Shown: positions 40,780 to 50,863, numbered from the stretch's first letter. The stretch: 64,000 bases of DNA from a bacterium (GCA_965203325.1 OZ241875.1:1504001-1568000); one strand, 5' to 3'. Notes: generated by a model not told the origin, from the letters alone. A program made the numbers and translations.

Positions 40780-41604
40780 ATGAGCCGCTGGATACAGGAA
40801 CTCACCTGGCCGGACGTGGAGGAATACCTGAAGCGCGGGGATACGGCGCTCGTCCCCGTCGGCGCCACGGAGCAGCACGGGCCGCACTGCCCCATCGGAA
40901 CGGACGCGGCCGAGGCCATCGCGACCGCAGAGGAAGTGGCGGAGCGTGCGGACGCGCTGGTCGCCGCTCCCCTGTGGTTCGGCTGGTCGCCCCATCACCT
41001 CGCGTTCCCGGGGACGATATCGCTCGCCGCGGAGACGCTGACGCGCGTCGTCGAGGACGTATGCAACAGCCTCGTGGTCCACGGCTTCCGGCACATCGTG
41101 ATCCTGAACGGGCACCGGGTCGCGAACCTCCCGCCGCTCGAGATTGCGATCGTAAGGGTCAGGAACGTAACGGGCGCGGCCATAGCCATCGTGGACCTGG
41201 CCCTCATCGCCGGCAAGGAGATTCGCGACGTATGCGAGAGCCCCCCGGGCGGCGTCGGCCACGGGTGCGAATCCGAGACCTCCTTCATGCTGTATAAATA
41301 CGGCGAGCAGGTGAAGATGGAGCGCGCGGTGGACGCCGTCCCCGAGGTGGGCGAATTCGAGCACCGCTTCGTGTCCGTGGACCACGCCGTCAACCGGGTC
41401 GAGAACCCGAAGCTCTCCTTTCCGCCGACGACCGAGGAATACGGGCGGAACCGCGAAGCGATGGGAGTGGGCGGCGCGGCGACCTTCGCATCGGCGGAGA
41501 AGGGGGAGAAAATCTTCGAGGCCATCGCCGCGAACACGACGAGATTCGTAAAGACCTTCCAGAACGTACCCGTCACCATCAAGGCGACCGCCCCGCCCTT
41601 ATAA
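40780..41604 (+). CDS. Creatininase family amidohydrolase
   Basis: PVGATEQHGPHCPIGTD, SPHHLAFPGTISL, LNGH, GHGCESETS, ASAEKG. Confidence 0.88.
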   Translation: MSRWIQELTWPDVEEYLKRGDTALVPVGATEQHGPHCPIGTDAAEAIATAEEVAERADALVAAPLWFGWSPHHLAFPGTISLAAETLTRVVEDVCNSLVVHGFRHIVILNGHRVANLPPLEIAIVRVRNVTGAAIAIVDLALIAGKEIRDVCESPPGGVGHGCESETSFMLYKYGEQVKMERAVDAVPEVGEFEHRFVSVDHAVNRVENPKLSFPPTTEEYGRNREAMGVGGAATFASAEKGEKIFEAIAANTTRFVKTFQNVPVTIKATAPPL

Positions 41605-41732
41605 GAGAAGAGGCGGGTGGCAGGGCCGGGTCGCGGCCTCGGACAGGCGCGGGGGGCCTGTCCGCTACGAAACCACTGCGTTTGGGTGCGCTCTCCCCTT
41701 GAGGGTATTTGCCTACCTAGAGCGAGGAAATC

Positions 41733-42532
41733 AACTCCCCCCTTGAGGGGGAGTCGAGGAAGCCGAGCGTTTTTTGCGAAGGCTGACTCGGTGGGGGGAC
41801 ATGCCACAGATAAAACTCCCCCCACCGAATCGCTTGCGGGCATTCGCCCTTAGCTCTTCGACTCCCCCTCAAGGGGGGAGTTGATCTTGCTCGTTCATCG
41901 GGGTTTTTTACCCCCCTGACAAGGGGGGGTAGGGGGGGTTGGTTTTCCGGCCAATCGGACAACCACGGGGGAGGGTTGTCCCTACGCCCCGCGGCGTATC
42001 GAGACGACCCGTAGGGGCGCTTCGTGAAGCGCCCGTTTCTCCGGCAAGGACCGTTCACGAATGTGGGCGGTTCGCGAACCGCCCCTACGGTGGGTGCGGC
42101 GTTTGTCCGTCATTCCGACCAGGGATGATTTTTTCAACAATCCCCTACTCCCCCGCCCGGTCTCCCCTCGCCTTCTTCGCCCTCATCAGAAACGCGCCCA
42201 GGGCGGGCAGGAGCGCGATGGCGCCCACCATGTTGACGAGGAACATGAACGAGAGCACCGTGCCCATGTCGGCCTGGAGCTTGAGCGGCGCGAATATCCA
42301 AGTCGCCACCCCCACCGCCAGAGTGAGGCCGGTGAGCACCACGCCCGCCCCCATGGTGGCGAGGGTGCGTTCGTAGGCGGCGGCGAAATCGAGTCCCTCC
42401 CTCATATAGGCGAGAAGCCGCCCGCAGATGTATATCCCGTAATCCACGCCGATGCCGACCCCCAGGGCCACCACGGGAAGCGTCGAGACCTTGAGGCCGA
42501 TCTCCAGAAACGCCATCAGGGCGCAGGCCAGG
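41733..42532. repeat. Direct repeat copy A (REP cluster + 3' end of RND gene); copy B at ~43488-44283
   Basis: Colinear near-identical sequence from CTCCCCCCTTGAGGGGGAG through the GTAG-REP pair and into the last ~129 codons of the RND gene. Confidence 0.9.
42145..42532 (-). pseudogene. Orphan 3' fragment of the RND/MMPL transporter gene
   Basis: Translation nearly identical to the C-terminus of 43896-46244; no 5' part present. Confidence 0.85.
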
Positions 42533-42638
42533 GTGGTGAATTTCTTTCCGGCTTGCATTTGTTCTCTTTGAATTGTTCTTGATTTTTGGACCCCAATCAG
42601 ACATATTGTTATTATTTATTTTAATATAAGGACATCAA

Positions 42639-43244
42639 ATGAACCCGCAACTGATTGCACAACCCGAAGATATCTTCCGCAAAAACGGCGGCCAGCTTCG
42701 AATGAGCGAGGCTCTCGCCGGCGGGATGACGCGCTACACCCTGTATGCGCTCAGGGACAGGGGCGTCGTCGAGCAGATCACCAGGGGCGTTTATCGGCTT
42801 CGGGAACTGCCCCCGCTCGGCAATCCGGACCTGGTGACGGTGAGCCTTCGCTTTCCCAGGGCCGTCGTTTGCCTTGTCTCTGCACTTGCCTGGCACGAGA
42901 TCACGACCCAGATACCACGTGAAGTCTCCGTGGCGGTGCCGAAAGACTCTCGGACGCCGGTGCTCGACTATCCCCCCCTCAAGGCGCACAAATTCTCCCA
43001 CGAAGCATACGAACCCGGCATCGAAGTACACCTGCTCGATGGAGCACCCGTCAAGATATACAACCCGGAAAAAACCCTGGCCGACAGCTTCAAGTTCCGC
43101 AACAAGATCGGCATGGACGTGGTGCTTGAGGCGCTGAAACTCCACAAGGAGCGAAACGGGATCAACCTCGGCGAACTTATCAAGTACGCAAAGATTTGCC
43201 GGGTCGAAAACGTGATGCGGCCTTACCTGGAGATGCTCGTATGA
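42639..43244 (+). CDS. Type IV toxin-antitoxin AbiEi family antitoxin/transcriptional regulator
   Basis: N-terminal wHTH (RGVYRL), CLVSALAWHEITTQIP, YNPEKTLADSFKFRNKIG, RVENVMRPYLE. Confidence 0.85.
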   Translation: MNPQLIAQPEDIFRKNGGQLRMSEALAGGMTRYTLYALRDRGVVEQITRGVYRLRELPPLGNPDLVTVSLRFPRAVVCLVSALAWHEITTQIPREVSVAVPKDSRTPVLDYPPLKAHKFSHEAYEPGIEVHLLDGAPVKIYNPEKTLADSFKFRNKIGMDVVLEALKLHKERNGINLGELIKYAKICRVENVMRPYLEMLV

Positions 43245-43324
43245 CGCCTCCGAGAAACGTATCCGCCTCCGTGCAGCAACGCCTCCTGAACCAGGCCAGG
43301 AGCGAAGGACGCCTCTTCGGATGA
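43241..43324 (+). pseudogene. Truncated AbiEii nucleotidyltransferase toxin (first 27 codons)
   Basis: ATGA overlap with the antitoxin stop; MTPPRNVSASVQQRLLNQARSEGRLFG* resembles an AbiEii N-terminus. Confidence 0.7.
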
Positions 43325-43487
43325 GCCGATCCCTGCAAACTGGGCCGCGTCCGGCCCATGGAACTGATCTGGATTTTCTTCACATTTTTCTCATATTGAG
43401 GCTGTCCTTGAGATCGCAGCCGTAGGGACAACCCCTTGTCAGGGGGGTAGGTGGGGTACTCCCTCCACCGAGGAGAATCCTAAATTC

Positions 43488-44283
43488 ACTCCCCCCTTTT
43501 TTGAGGGGGAGTCGATGAGGCCGAGCCTTGGCGAAGGCCGATTCGGTGGGGGGACATGCCACAGAAAAACTCCCCCCACCGGTTCGGTTTCGGGCAAAAA
43601 CCCCCTCACCTCACCGACTCCCCCTCAAGGGGGGAGTTGATCTTGCTCGTCCATCGGAGTTTTCATACCCCCCTGACAAGGGGGGGTAGGGGGGGTTGGT
43701 TTTCCGGCCAATCGGACAACCACGGGCGCCTGTCCCTACGCCCCGCGTATCGAGACGACCCGTAGGGGCGCTTCGTGAAGCGCCCGTTTCTCCGGCAAGG
43801 GCCGTTCACGAATGGGGGCGGTTCGCGAACCGCCCCTACGGTGGGTGCGGCGTTTGTCCGTCATTCCGAGCAGGGATGATTTTTTCAACAATCCCCTACT
43901 CCCCCGCCCGCTCTCCCCTCGCCTTCTTCGCCCTCATCAGAAACGCGCCCAGGGCGGGCAGGAGCGCGATGGCGCCGACCATGTTGACGAGGAACATGAA
44001 CGAGAGCACCGTGCCCATGTCGGCCTGGAGTTTGAGGGGCGCGAATATCCAGGTCGCCACCCCCACCGCCAGAGTGAGGCCGGTGAGCACCACGCCCGCC
44101 CCCGTGGTGGCGAGCGTCCGCTCATAAGCCGCCGCGAAATCGAGACCCTCTCTCATATAGGCGAGTAGCCGCCCGCAGATGTATATCCCGTAATCCACGC
44201 CGATGCCGACGCCTAAGGCCACGACGGGAAGCGTCGAGACCTTGAGGCCGATCTCCAGAAACGCCATGAGGGCGTAGGCGAGG
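43488..44283. repeat. Direct repeat copy B (includes the 3' end of the intact RND gene)
   Basis: Colinear with copy A at 41733-42532. Confidence 0.9.
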
Positions 44284-46244
44284 AGCGAGACGAGCGCGAG
44301 GGGCGCGATGATGCAGACGGTCGCCGCCAACGAGCGGAAAGACAGCAGGCAGAGCAGGATGACCGCGGCGTAGACGTAGCCCAAGATCGGGAACTGCGAC
44401 GCCTCTATCTCCTCGTTCGTCGCCGCCATCACCCCGACGTTCCCCGAGGCGAGGCGAAAGGTGGTGCGTTCATCGCGCTCCGCCAGGCTGAAGGCCTTGA
44501 CGGCCGAGACGACCCGGCGGATGGTCTCCGCCTTGTGGTCGGCGGTGTAGATGCGCACCGGCATCGCCGAGCAGTCGCCGTTCAGGAGCCCCGTGCTCGT
44601 CGGCACGAGGGAGACCGACTCGGCGAGCGCGTGGCGGTTGCGCGGCAGCGCGCGCCACTTGAGGCTGCCCTCGTTCCAGCCCGCGTTCAGCTTGCGGACG
44701 ATGCCGGGGAGCGCGACCACCGAGCGCACGCCCTCCACGTTCCGCATGCGCCACTCGAACTCGTCGATGAGGCGCATCACGCGGTAATCGACGCACCCCT
44801 GGGGTATGGTCTCGACGATCACGGTCAACACGTCCACGCCGATGTTGAAGCGCTCGACGATGGCGGCGGTATCGCGGTTGTAGGTGGAAGTCGCGCGCAA
44901 CTCCGGCACGCCCTGGTGCTGGTCGCCCACGCGGACCTCGGGCGCATAGCGCGCGCCGAGAGCGAGCAGGACGGCGGCGACGGCTATCGTCGCGATGGCG
45001 GGGCGCGGCCTGGCCGCCCGCGCGGCGCGCTTCCAGAGACCCGCCAAGAGTCCCGGTGAGGCCGCGCGCCCCCCGCCCTCCCCCGGCTTGAGGAAGGAAA
45101 GCGCCACCGGCAGTAATCCTAAGTTCGTCAGGATGATCGCGGCCACGCCCAGGCTGGCGGTGACGGCGATCTCTTGGATGACGCGCACGGGGATGAGCGC
45201 GATGGCCACGAAGCCGATGGCGTCCGAGGCCAGCGCCACCGAACCCGGCAGCAGCAGGCGGCGGAAACTCGCCCGCGCGGCGCGGACGCCGCCGCCCCCT
45301 TCGGCCCCCACCGCGTTCACCATCTGCACCCCGTGGCTCACCCCGATGGCGAAGACCAGAAACGGCACCAGGATCGACATCGGGTCGACGCCGAAACCCA
45401 GGCCCGTGAGCGCGCCGAGCTGCCAGACGACCGCGACGAGCGAGCACGCCAGGGGCATCGCCGTGAGGCGGACCGAGCGGGTGTAGGCGTACACGAAAAG
45501 GGCGGTGATCACGACGGCGAGGCCGAAGAACAGGAGCACCTGCGCCGCGCCGTCCGCTATCTCTCCCACGACCTTGGCGAACCCGATGATGTGGACGTTC
45601 GCGACGCCGCCGGCTTCTGCGTCGCGGCGGATGACCTCGAGCGCGCGCGCGACTTCGAGATAATCGAGCCGCTCCCCGGTGTCCGGGTGGAACTCCTGGA
45701 GCCTCGCGCTCACGAGCGCGCCCGAGAAGTCGTTCGCCACCAGCCGTCCCACGATGCCCGCCTTGATGATGTTCTCGCGCACTCGCGCGAGGCCGGCCCT
45801 GGTGGGCTTGAAGTCCGCGGGCAGCACGTTGCCCGCGACGATGCCGTCCTCGACCACCTCGTTGTAGCGCACGTTCGGCGTGACCACCGAATAGACCTGG
45901 GTGCGGTCGACGCCCGGCAGGAAGAATACGGCGTCGTTCACCTTCTGGAGCAGGGCGAAGAACTCCGGGCTGAAGATGTCGCCCTTCCGCGCGACGAGCG
46001 CCACCGCCACGCGGTCCGCGCCCCCGAAAGCGGCGCGGTGCTTGAGGAAGGTGCGCATGTACTCGTGTTCGAGCGGAATCAGCTTGGTGAAGCCCGCGTC
46101 GACGCGCAGCCCCGACGCCAGCCAGGCCATCGCCAGCGTGACCAGGAGGAACGCCGCGAGCACCCGCTTGCGGCGCGAGAACAGCGCGCGCTCGAGCCAA
46201 GCCGTCACCGAGGATGTCTTGGGAGAAGCGGAGGCGTCCGGCAT
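43896..46244 (-). CDS. RND/MMPL family transporter
   Basis: DAGFTKLIPLEHEY, HIIGFAKVVG, PFLVFAIGVSHGVQ, GIGVDYGIY, LQADMG; two TM blocks. Confidence 0.88.
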   Translation of the reverse strand: MPDASASPKTSSVTAWLERALFSRRKRVLAAFLLVTLAMAWLASGLRVDAGFTKLIPLEHEYMRTFLKHRAAFGGADRVAVALVARKGDIFSPEFFALLQKVNDAVFFLPGVDRTQVYSVVTPNVRYNEVVEDGIVAGNVLPADFKPTRAGLARVRENIIKAGIVGRLVANDFSGALVSARLQEFHPDTGERLDYLEVARALEVIRRDAEAGGVANVHIIGFAKVVGEIADGAAQVLLFFGLAVVITALFVYAYTRSVRLTAMPLACSLVAVVWQLGALTGLGFGVDPMSILVPFLVFAIGVSHGVQMVNAVGAEGGGGVRAARASFRRLLLPGSVALASDAIGFVAIALIPVRVIQEIAVTASLGVAAIILTNLGLLPVALSFLKPGEGGGRAASPGLLAGLWKRAARAARPRPAIATIAVAAVLLALGARYAPEVRVGDQHQGVPELRATSTYNRDTAAIVERFNIGVDVLTVIVETIPQGCVDYRVMRLIDEFEWRMRNVEGVRSVVALPGIVRKLNAGWNEGSLKWRALPRNRHALAESVSLVPTSTGLLNGDCSAMPVRIYTADHKAETIRRVVSAVKAFSLAERDERTTFRLASGNVGVMAATNEEIEASQFPILGYVYAAVILLCLLSFRSLAATVCIIAPLALVSLLAYALMAFLEIGLKVSTLPVVALGVGIGVDYGIYICGRLLAYMREGLDFAAAYERTLATTGAGVVLTGLTLAVGVATWIFAPLKLQADMGTVLSFMFLVNMVGAIALLPALGAFLMRAKKARGERAGE

Positions 46245-46254
46245 GGGAATGCGC

Positions 46255-47229
46255 CTATCGGGCCCCGGGCAGGCGTTTGACCCCGAACTCGCCGAGCAGC
46301 AGCACCCGCCCACCGGAAAGCGCGAGCGCTTTCGAGATTCCCAGGCGGGAGGTCAGGGGTTTGAACTTCGGATCGGTCGATACGCTGCGCCCGCCGTCGC
46401 GGCTGACGAGCAGTGCGCCCTCGAGGCCGGTGACGAGCAACAGACCCGGCTTCACGAGGAGCGCTCCGGTGAGGGTCGCTTTCGTCCGCGTGCGAACGCG
46501 CGTCCAGCTCTCGCCCCCGTCGTCCGAGCGATACATGCTGCCCCGCAAGCCGAACAGCAGCAGCCTGTCCGCATCGAGCGCGAGCGCACCGAACCACGAA
46601 CCCGCATAGGGCGAGGGGAGCTTGCGCCAGGTGGAGCCGCCGTCGTCGCTTCGGTAGATAGCCCCCGCTTCCCCAGCGATGAACAGCCGACCGGCGCCTG
46701 CGGGAACGATGGCGTTCAGGTGGAAATCGTCCCTGTCGATGGTGCGCGGCTTCCAGGTGCGGCCGCCGTCCGAGGTGGCGAGGAAATAGCCGTACGCCCC
46801 CACGGCGAAGCCGTTTCGCTCATCGCGGAACCAGACGTCGAGCAGGGGGCGTTCTTCTTTAGGGGCGTAATGGGCCACGCTCCATGTCGCGCCGCCGTCT
46901 TCGGTGCGCAGGATGAGCGCGTCGTGCCCGACCGCCCAGCCGAGGCGCGCATCGCGCATGTGCACGGCGGTCAGCAAGGCGCGGACGGGAACCCGAGCCT
47001 GCTTCCACTTCAAGCCGCCGTCGTCTGAGACCAGCACGTGGCCGCGCTCGCCCACCACCACCAGGCGCGGGCCTGCGGACGCTCCGCCAATCAGCAGGGA
47101 TTCGGGCGCGAGACGGGCCTGAACGGCCGGTTCGGCGTTCGCCGCGCCAATGGGCAGCAGACAGACGATGAGGGCGGGCAGGAGGCGTCGCCGCCGTTTT
47201 CTCAAAACCCCGAAGGTCGCCGCTATCAT
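46255..47229 (-). CDS. YCF48-related/BNR-repeat beta-propeller protein
   Basis: VGERGHVLVSDDGG, TEDGGATW, SDGGRTW, SDDGGESW repeats; ATG overlaps the DUF1329 stop. Confidence 0.85.
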   Translation of the reverse strand: MIAATFGVLRKRRRRLLPALIVCLLPIGAANAEPAVQARLAPESLLIGGASAGPRLVVVGERGHVLVSDDGGLKWKQARVPVRALLTAVHMRDARLGWAVGHDALILRTEDGGATWSVAHYAPKEERPLLDVWFRDERNGFAVGAYGYFLATSDGGRTWKPRTIDRDDFHLNAIVPAGAGRLFIAGEAGAIYRSDDGGSTWRKLPSPYAGSWFGALALDADRLLLFGLRGSMYRSDDGGESWTRVRTRTKATLTGALLVKPGLLLVTGLEGALLVSRDGGRSVSTDPKFKPLTSRLGISKALALSGGRVLLLGEFGVKRLPGAR

Positions 47230-48584
47230 CTCCTGCCCATGCGGCGCAGCGCCGAAGGCGTGAAACCTCTGGACGAGTAGTTCGAGCCGAAGACGTTCAT
47301 GGGATACTCGTTGTTGAGCCCCAGCGCGAGGTAGCGCCCCGCCTGAATATCGGTGTGCACCTCGAGGGTAAAGCCCAGCAAGGGTTTTTCGTAATAGTTG
47401 ACGGAGTGCCCCTCGGATACGCGCCAGAGCTGATCCCGGTTGTCGTAAATGTCGGAGAGCAGGATCATCCACGAGTCCTCGTCCACGTAGAACACCCGTT
47501 TCTTGTAGATGTGGCGCGCCCCTTCCTTGAGCGTCGCCTCGACCACCCAGACCCGGTGCAGCTCGTAGCGCAGATATTTCGGATTGACGTGCAGCGGCTT
47601 CAGAACGTCGGCGAAGGTGATCTTGTCGCTGTGCAGCTTGTAGCTGTTGTAGGGCACGTACATCTCGCGCTTGCCGAGTAGCTTCCAGTCGTAGCGGTCG
47701 AGCGCCCCGTTGAACATGTCGAACTGATCGCTCGTCCTGAGCCCGTCCGCGGCGGTGCCCGGATTGTCGTAGGCGATGTTCGGCGCGCGGCGCACCCGCC
47801 GCTGGCCGGGGTTGTACACCCAGGCGTGGCGCGGCTCGGCGACCTGGTTGAGCGTCTCGTAGGCCAGCAGGATCCTTCCCGCCAGACGCGCCGGCGCCGC
47901 CACCTTCTGCCGGAAGAGGATCATCCGGTTGTCGAGTTTCGCCTCCGTCATGCCCGGCAGGGAATAGCGCGCGAGGTATGCGTCCTCGAGCCGGACGAGG
48001 GTGTAATCGCCCCCCCTGGTGACGGCGGCCTGGCCGATGACGCGCGAGGCGGCCTCGCCCCGGTAGCGCAGCAGGTGATTCCAGATCACCTCTGCTCCGT
48101 TTTTGGGAACCGGAAACGGAATCCCGATCACAGCACCCGTCACGCCGCTGCCGCCCTCGGCGAGTTTCGCGGTGGCGGCGACGCGCCTGGTGGCGTCGTA
48201 GATGCGCTTCGGAAACGCGGCGCTGCGCCGGGTCGGGTAGACCGGCAGCCGGAGCGTCGGGTAAAGCTCCACCATCTTCTGGAGCCCGGCCGAGAGCTTC
48301 CCCCGATATTTGTCGAGGTTCGCGCGGGTGATGGTGAAGAGCGGCTTGTCGCCCGGATAAGGGTCGGGATGGTGGTCGCCCACCTTGTAGCCGGCCGGCG
48401 GGGTCGTGATGCCGCCCTTCCACTCCGGGATGGAGCCTTCGGCGTTGCCCCCCCGCTCCGCGCCGAGGGGGGTCAGGTCCTTCCCGAGCCGGGCGATCTC
48501 GTCGGCGGAAACCGCGGCGGAGGCATTGGTCGCGATGAAGGTGAAAAGCATCGCGACGCTGATTCTCAAGATGATGGTTTTCAT
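47226..48584 (-). CDS. DUF1329 family periplasmic protein
   Basis: LGKDLTPLGAERGGN..GSIPEW, VYPTRR, GQRRVRRAP, YELHRVWVVEATLK, DEDSW. Confidence 0.88.
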   Translation of the reverse strand: MKTIILRISVAMLFTFIATNASAAVSADEIARLGKDLTPLGAERGGNAEGSIPEWKGGITTPPAGYKVGDHHPDPYPGDKPLFTITRANLDKYRGKLSAGLQKMVELYPTLRLPVYPTRRSAAFPKRIYDATRRVAATAKLAEGGSGVTGAVIGIPFPVPKNGAEVIWNHLLRYRGEAASRVIGQAAVTRGGDYTLVRLEDAYLARYSLPGMTEAKLDNRMILFRQKVAAPARLAGRILLAYETLNQVAEPRHAWVYNPGQRRVRRAPNIAYDNPGTAADGLRTSDQFDMFNGALDRYDWKLLGKREMYVPYNSYKLHSDKITFADVLKPLHVNPKYLRYELHRVWVVEATLKEGARHIYKKRVFYVDEDSWMILLSDIYDNRDQLWRVSEGHSVNYYEKPLLGFTLEVHTDIQAGRYLALGLNNEYPMNVFGSNYSSRGFTPSALRRMGRR

Positions 48585-48613
48585 GGCGGTTACCCCATTT
48601 TCATCGCTGTTGG

Positions 48614-50863
48614 TCAGAACAGGTATTTGACGGTGGCGGAGACGAAGTCGCGGTCGTTCGCCTGGTTGTGCCTGCCGGCGCCGCCGAACATGGTGAAGCT
48701 CACGTCGAAATGCCAGCGGTTGAGATAGCTCGCGCCCAGCCCGAGGGTCACGGCGGTCCGGTCTTCTATGAACGGCCCGCCCGGACCGGGGCTGGTGCCC
48801 TTCACGTCGTGCTGGAACGACACGCGCGGCGCGACGTTCACCGCGCCGATGGCGTTGAGATACGACAGCCGCGCCGCCAGCCGATAGCCGTAGGAGGTGG
48901 CGCTCGCGAACCGATCCAGCGGATCCGCCGGGAGGCCGGCGTGCGCGCCCGTCGGCGTGGAATGAAAGGGCTCCCCGCTGGTCTGCGTGCCCGGCCCCTC
49001 GAGGCGAAGCTCGCTCTTGTCCGGCATGTCGTGCACGTACATGAGCGCCGCCTCCGCGACGAACGCCAGGCTGTCCGCCCCCAGGGTGGGGCCGAACACC
49101 TTGGTGGCCGTGGCCTGGATCTGGCTCACGTCGCGCTCGATGTAGCCCTGGACATAGCTTTCGGGGGCAAAGACGCCGACCTGGTTCCGGCAGTAGGGGA
49201 AATCATTCGAGCAAGGCCTGTTGGTTGTGGGGTCGATGGTGAGCGGCGTCAGGGCCGCGAAGAACACTTCGGCGTCGTCTATCTGCAGGGGCGCGTCCAT
49301 GCGGTAGGAGAGTTCTCCCTGCAGCGCCCATCCCGAGGTTCCGAGCACGGTGTTGAAGCTCAGGCCGAAGAGCTGGATGTCTTCGGGATATTCGGCGAAG
49401 TAGCTTGCCGTCTTCGTGTAGCGGTCAATGGCGAGGAGGCCGGCCATCCTGCTCACGTTGCTGGTGACCTGCTTGGCGACCTCGCCGGGGACTATGGCGG
49501 CGACTTGCCTTCGAACCTCCGCCTGAATGATCGCCGGCGGCGTGCCGGGCGGAACTTGCGCCGTAACCGCAGCGGTGACCTGCCGGGTGACCGCCTGTGT
49601 TACCAGCGGGGTGACCGCCTGCGTCACCGCCCGTGCGGTCGTGGAAGTGGGCGAACCGACCGCCGCCGCCGCGAAGAGGCCGTCCTGTATCCCCTGCACG
49701 GTGCCGGTGCGCCCGCTCAGGACGGGCAGGCGGCTGTGGTAGTTGACGAAGTAGACGCCGAACTCGGTGTTGTTGAGACCCTCGGCGAGGTAGCGCAGCG
49801 CGACCCCCCACTGGCCGGAGTCTTCGGGTTCGTTGTCCGCATTGCGGAACACGTTCAGGAAATGGGGGTCGAAGGCCGCCTGCGCTCTCTGGGGCAGGGG
49901 CGTCAGGACGCCCGGCGCCGCGGGGCTGGGGATGCGGAAACCACGGAGGTCGGCGTTGATCGCCTGGGTCAGGCCGGGCCCCAACGCCTCGTAACTGAAT
50001 CCCGTGTCGGGGATGGCCCCCCAGCCGAGCACGACCCTCCTCCCGCCCGCGCCGACGAAGTCGCTCGTCGAGAAGAAGCTGCCGGGCGGGTCGATCTCGG
50101 TCTTCTCCCACTTCACCTGGTAGAAACCCTCCACGGAGAGGCTCTCGTGCAGTGAAGCCGAGACGGAGACCATCGGGACCGGCACGAGCCCGTCGCGCAA
50201 CTCCGCGCCCGGCGTTCTCAGTTTGGTCACGTCGAAGGGGTTGATGACGTTGATGCTGTTCTGGATGAAGGTGCTCTCGCCCCAGCTGAGCACGTGATTG
50301 CCGAGCCGAAGGTCGATCGGCGCGCCGCCCAGATCGAACGAGCCGGTGAGGTAGAGATCGAGCACTTCGAAATCGTTTCCGACCAGATCCTTCGCTTCCG
50401 GCGATAGTTCGTCCCGCGCCCTGTCGCCGTTTTCGTTCTCGAAGTCGAAAAAGCCGTGCACGCGGGCGAAGGCGCCGAAGTTCCGGTAGTTGAGGTCGAG
50501 CTCGCCGATGAACTTCGAAGCGTTGCTCACGACGCCTCTGTCGAAGTTGAGGTTGCCGTCGTCGCTGTTGACGGAGGTCGCCGTGCCTCCGTTGGCGATG
50601 CCGAGCAGGTTCTCGTCGCGCTCCCCGACGCGAAGGGTGACGCCGTGCGAGAGCGTGATGTCGAGGCTGCCTTCGAGTTCGCCGTGGGTGAAATCCTCCG
50701 CGCCCGCGGGCGCAGATGAGAAGGCGAAGACAAGGGCCAACGCGCAGGCCGCAAAACGAAGCGAGCGGGAGATGGATTCGAAATCGCCCCCTCGGGAGAG
50801 GCTGTTCATTGGTCGCCCGGCGCGGGTGCGGCGGGTGAAGTGGCTGGAGCGGGCTGGTTGCAT
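48614..50863 (-). CDS. DUF1302 family outer-membrane protein
   Basis: NSDDGNLNF, SWGESTF, NYHSRLP, YPEDIQLFGLSF, C-terminal DRDFVSATVKYLF. Start could instead be 50809. Confidence 0.88.
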   Translation of the reverse strand: MQPARSSHFTRRTRAGRPMNSLSRGGDFESISRSLRFAACALALVFAFSSAPAGAEDFTHGELEGSLDITLSHGVTLRVGERDENLLGIANGGTATSVNSDDGNLNFDRGVVSNASKFIGELDLNYRNFGAFARVHGFFDFENENGDRARDELSPEAKDLVGNDFEVLDLYLTGSFDLGGAPIDLRLGNHVLSWGESTFIQNSINVINPFDVTKLRTPGAELRDGLVPVPMVSVSASLHESLSVEGFYQVKWEKTEIDPPGSFFSTSDFVGAGGRRVVLGWGAIPDTGFSYEALGPGLTQAINADLRGFRIPSPAAPGVLTPLPQRAQAAFDPHFLNVFRNADNEPEDSGQWGVALRYLAEGLNNTEFGVYFVNYHSRLPVLSGRTGTVQGIQDGLFAAAAVGSPTSTTARAVTQAVTPLVTQAVTRQVTAAVTAQVPPGTPPAIIQAEVRRQVAAIVPGEVAKQVTSNVSRMAGLLAIDRYTKTASYFAEYPEDIQLFGLSFNTVLGTSGWALQGELSYRMDAPLQIDDAEVFFAALTPLTIDPTTNRPCSNDFPYCRNQVGVFAPESYVQGYIERDVSQIQATATKVFGPTLGADSLAFVAEAALMYVHDMPDKSELRLEGPGTQTSGEPFHSTPTGAHAGLPADPLDRFASATSYGYRLAARLSYLNAIGAVNVAPRVSFQHDVKGTSPGPGGPFIEDRTAVTLGLGASYLNRWHFDVSFTMFGGAGRHNQANDRDFVSATVKYLF

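Noticed and set aside
41640..43900. Possible CRISPR array among the clustered palindromes
   Set aside because: There are no regularly spaced identical repeats with unique spacers and no cas genes. The repeats are REP-like and part of a duplication.
46255..48423. 722-aa ORF suggesting a large fusion protein
   Set aside because: The first ~400 codons are an alternative frame of the DUF1329 gene. The real protein starts at about 47229.
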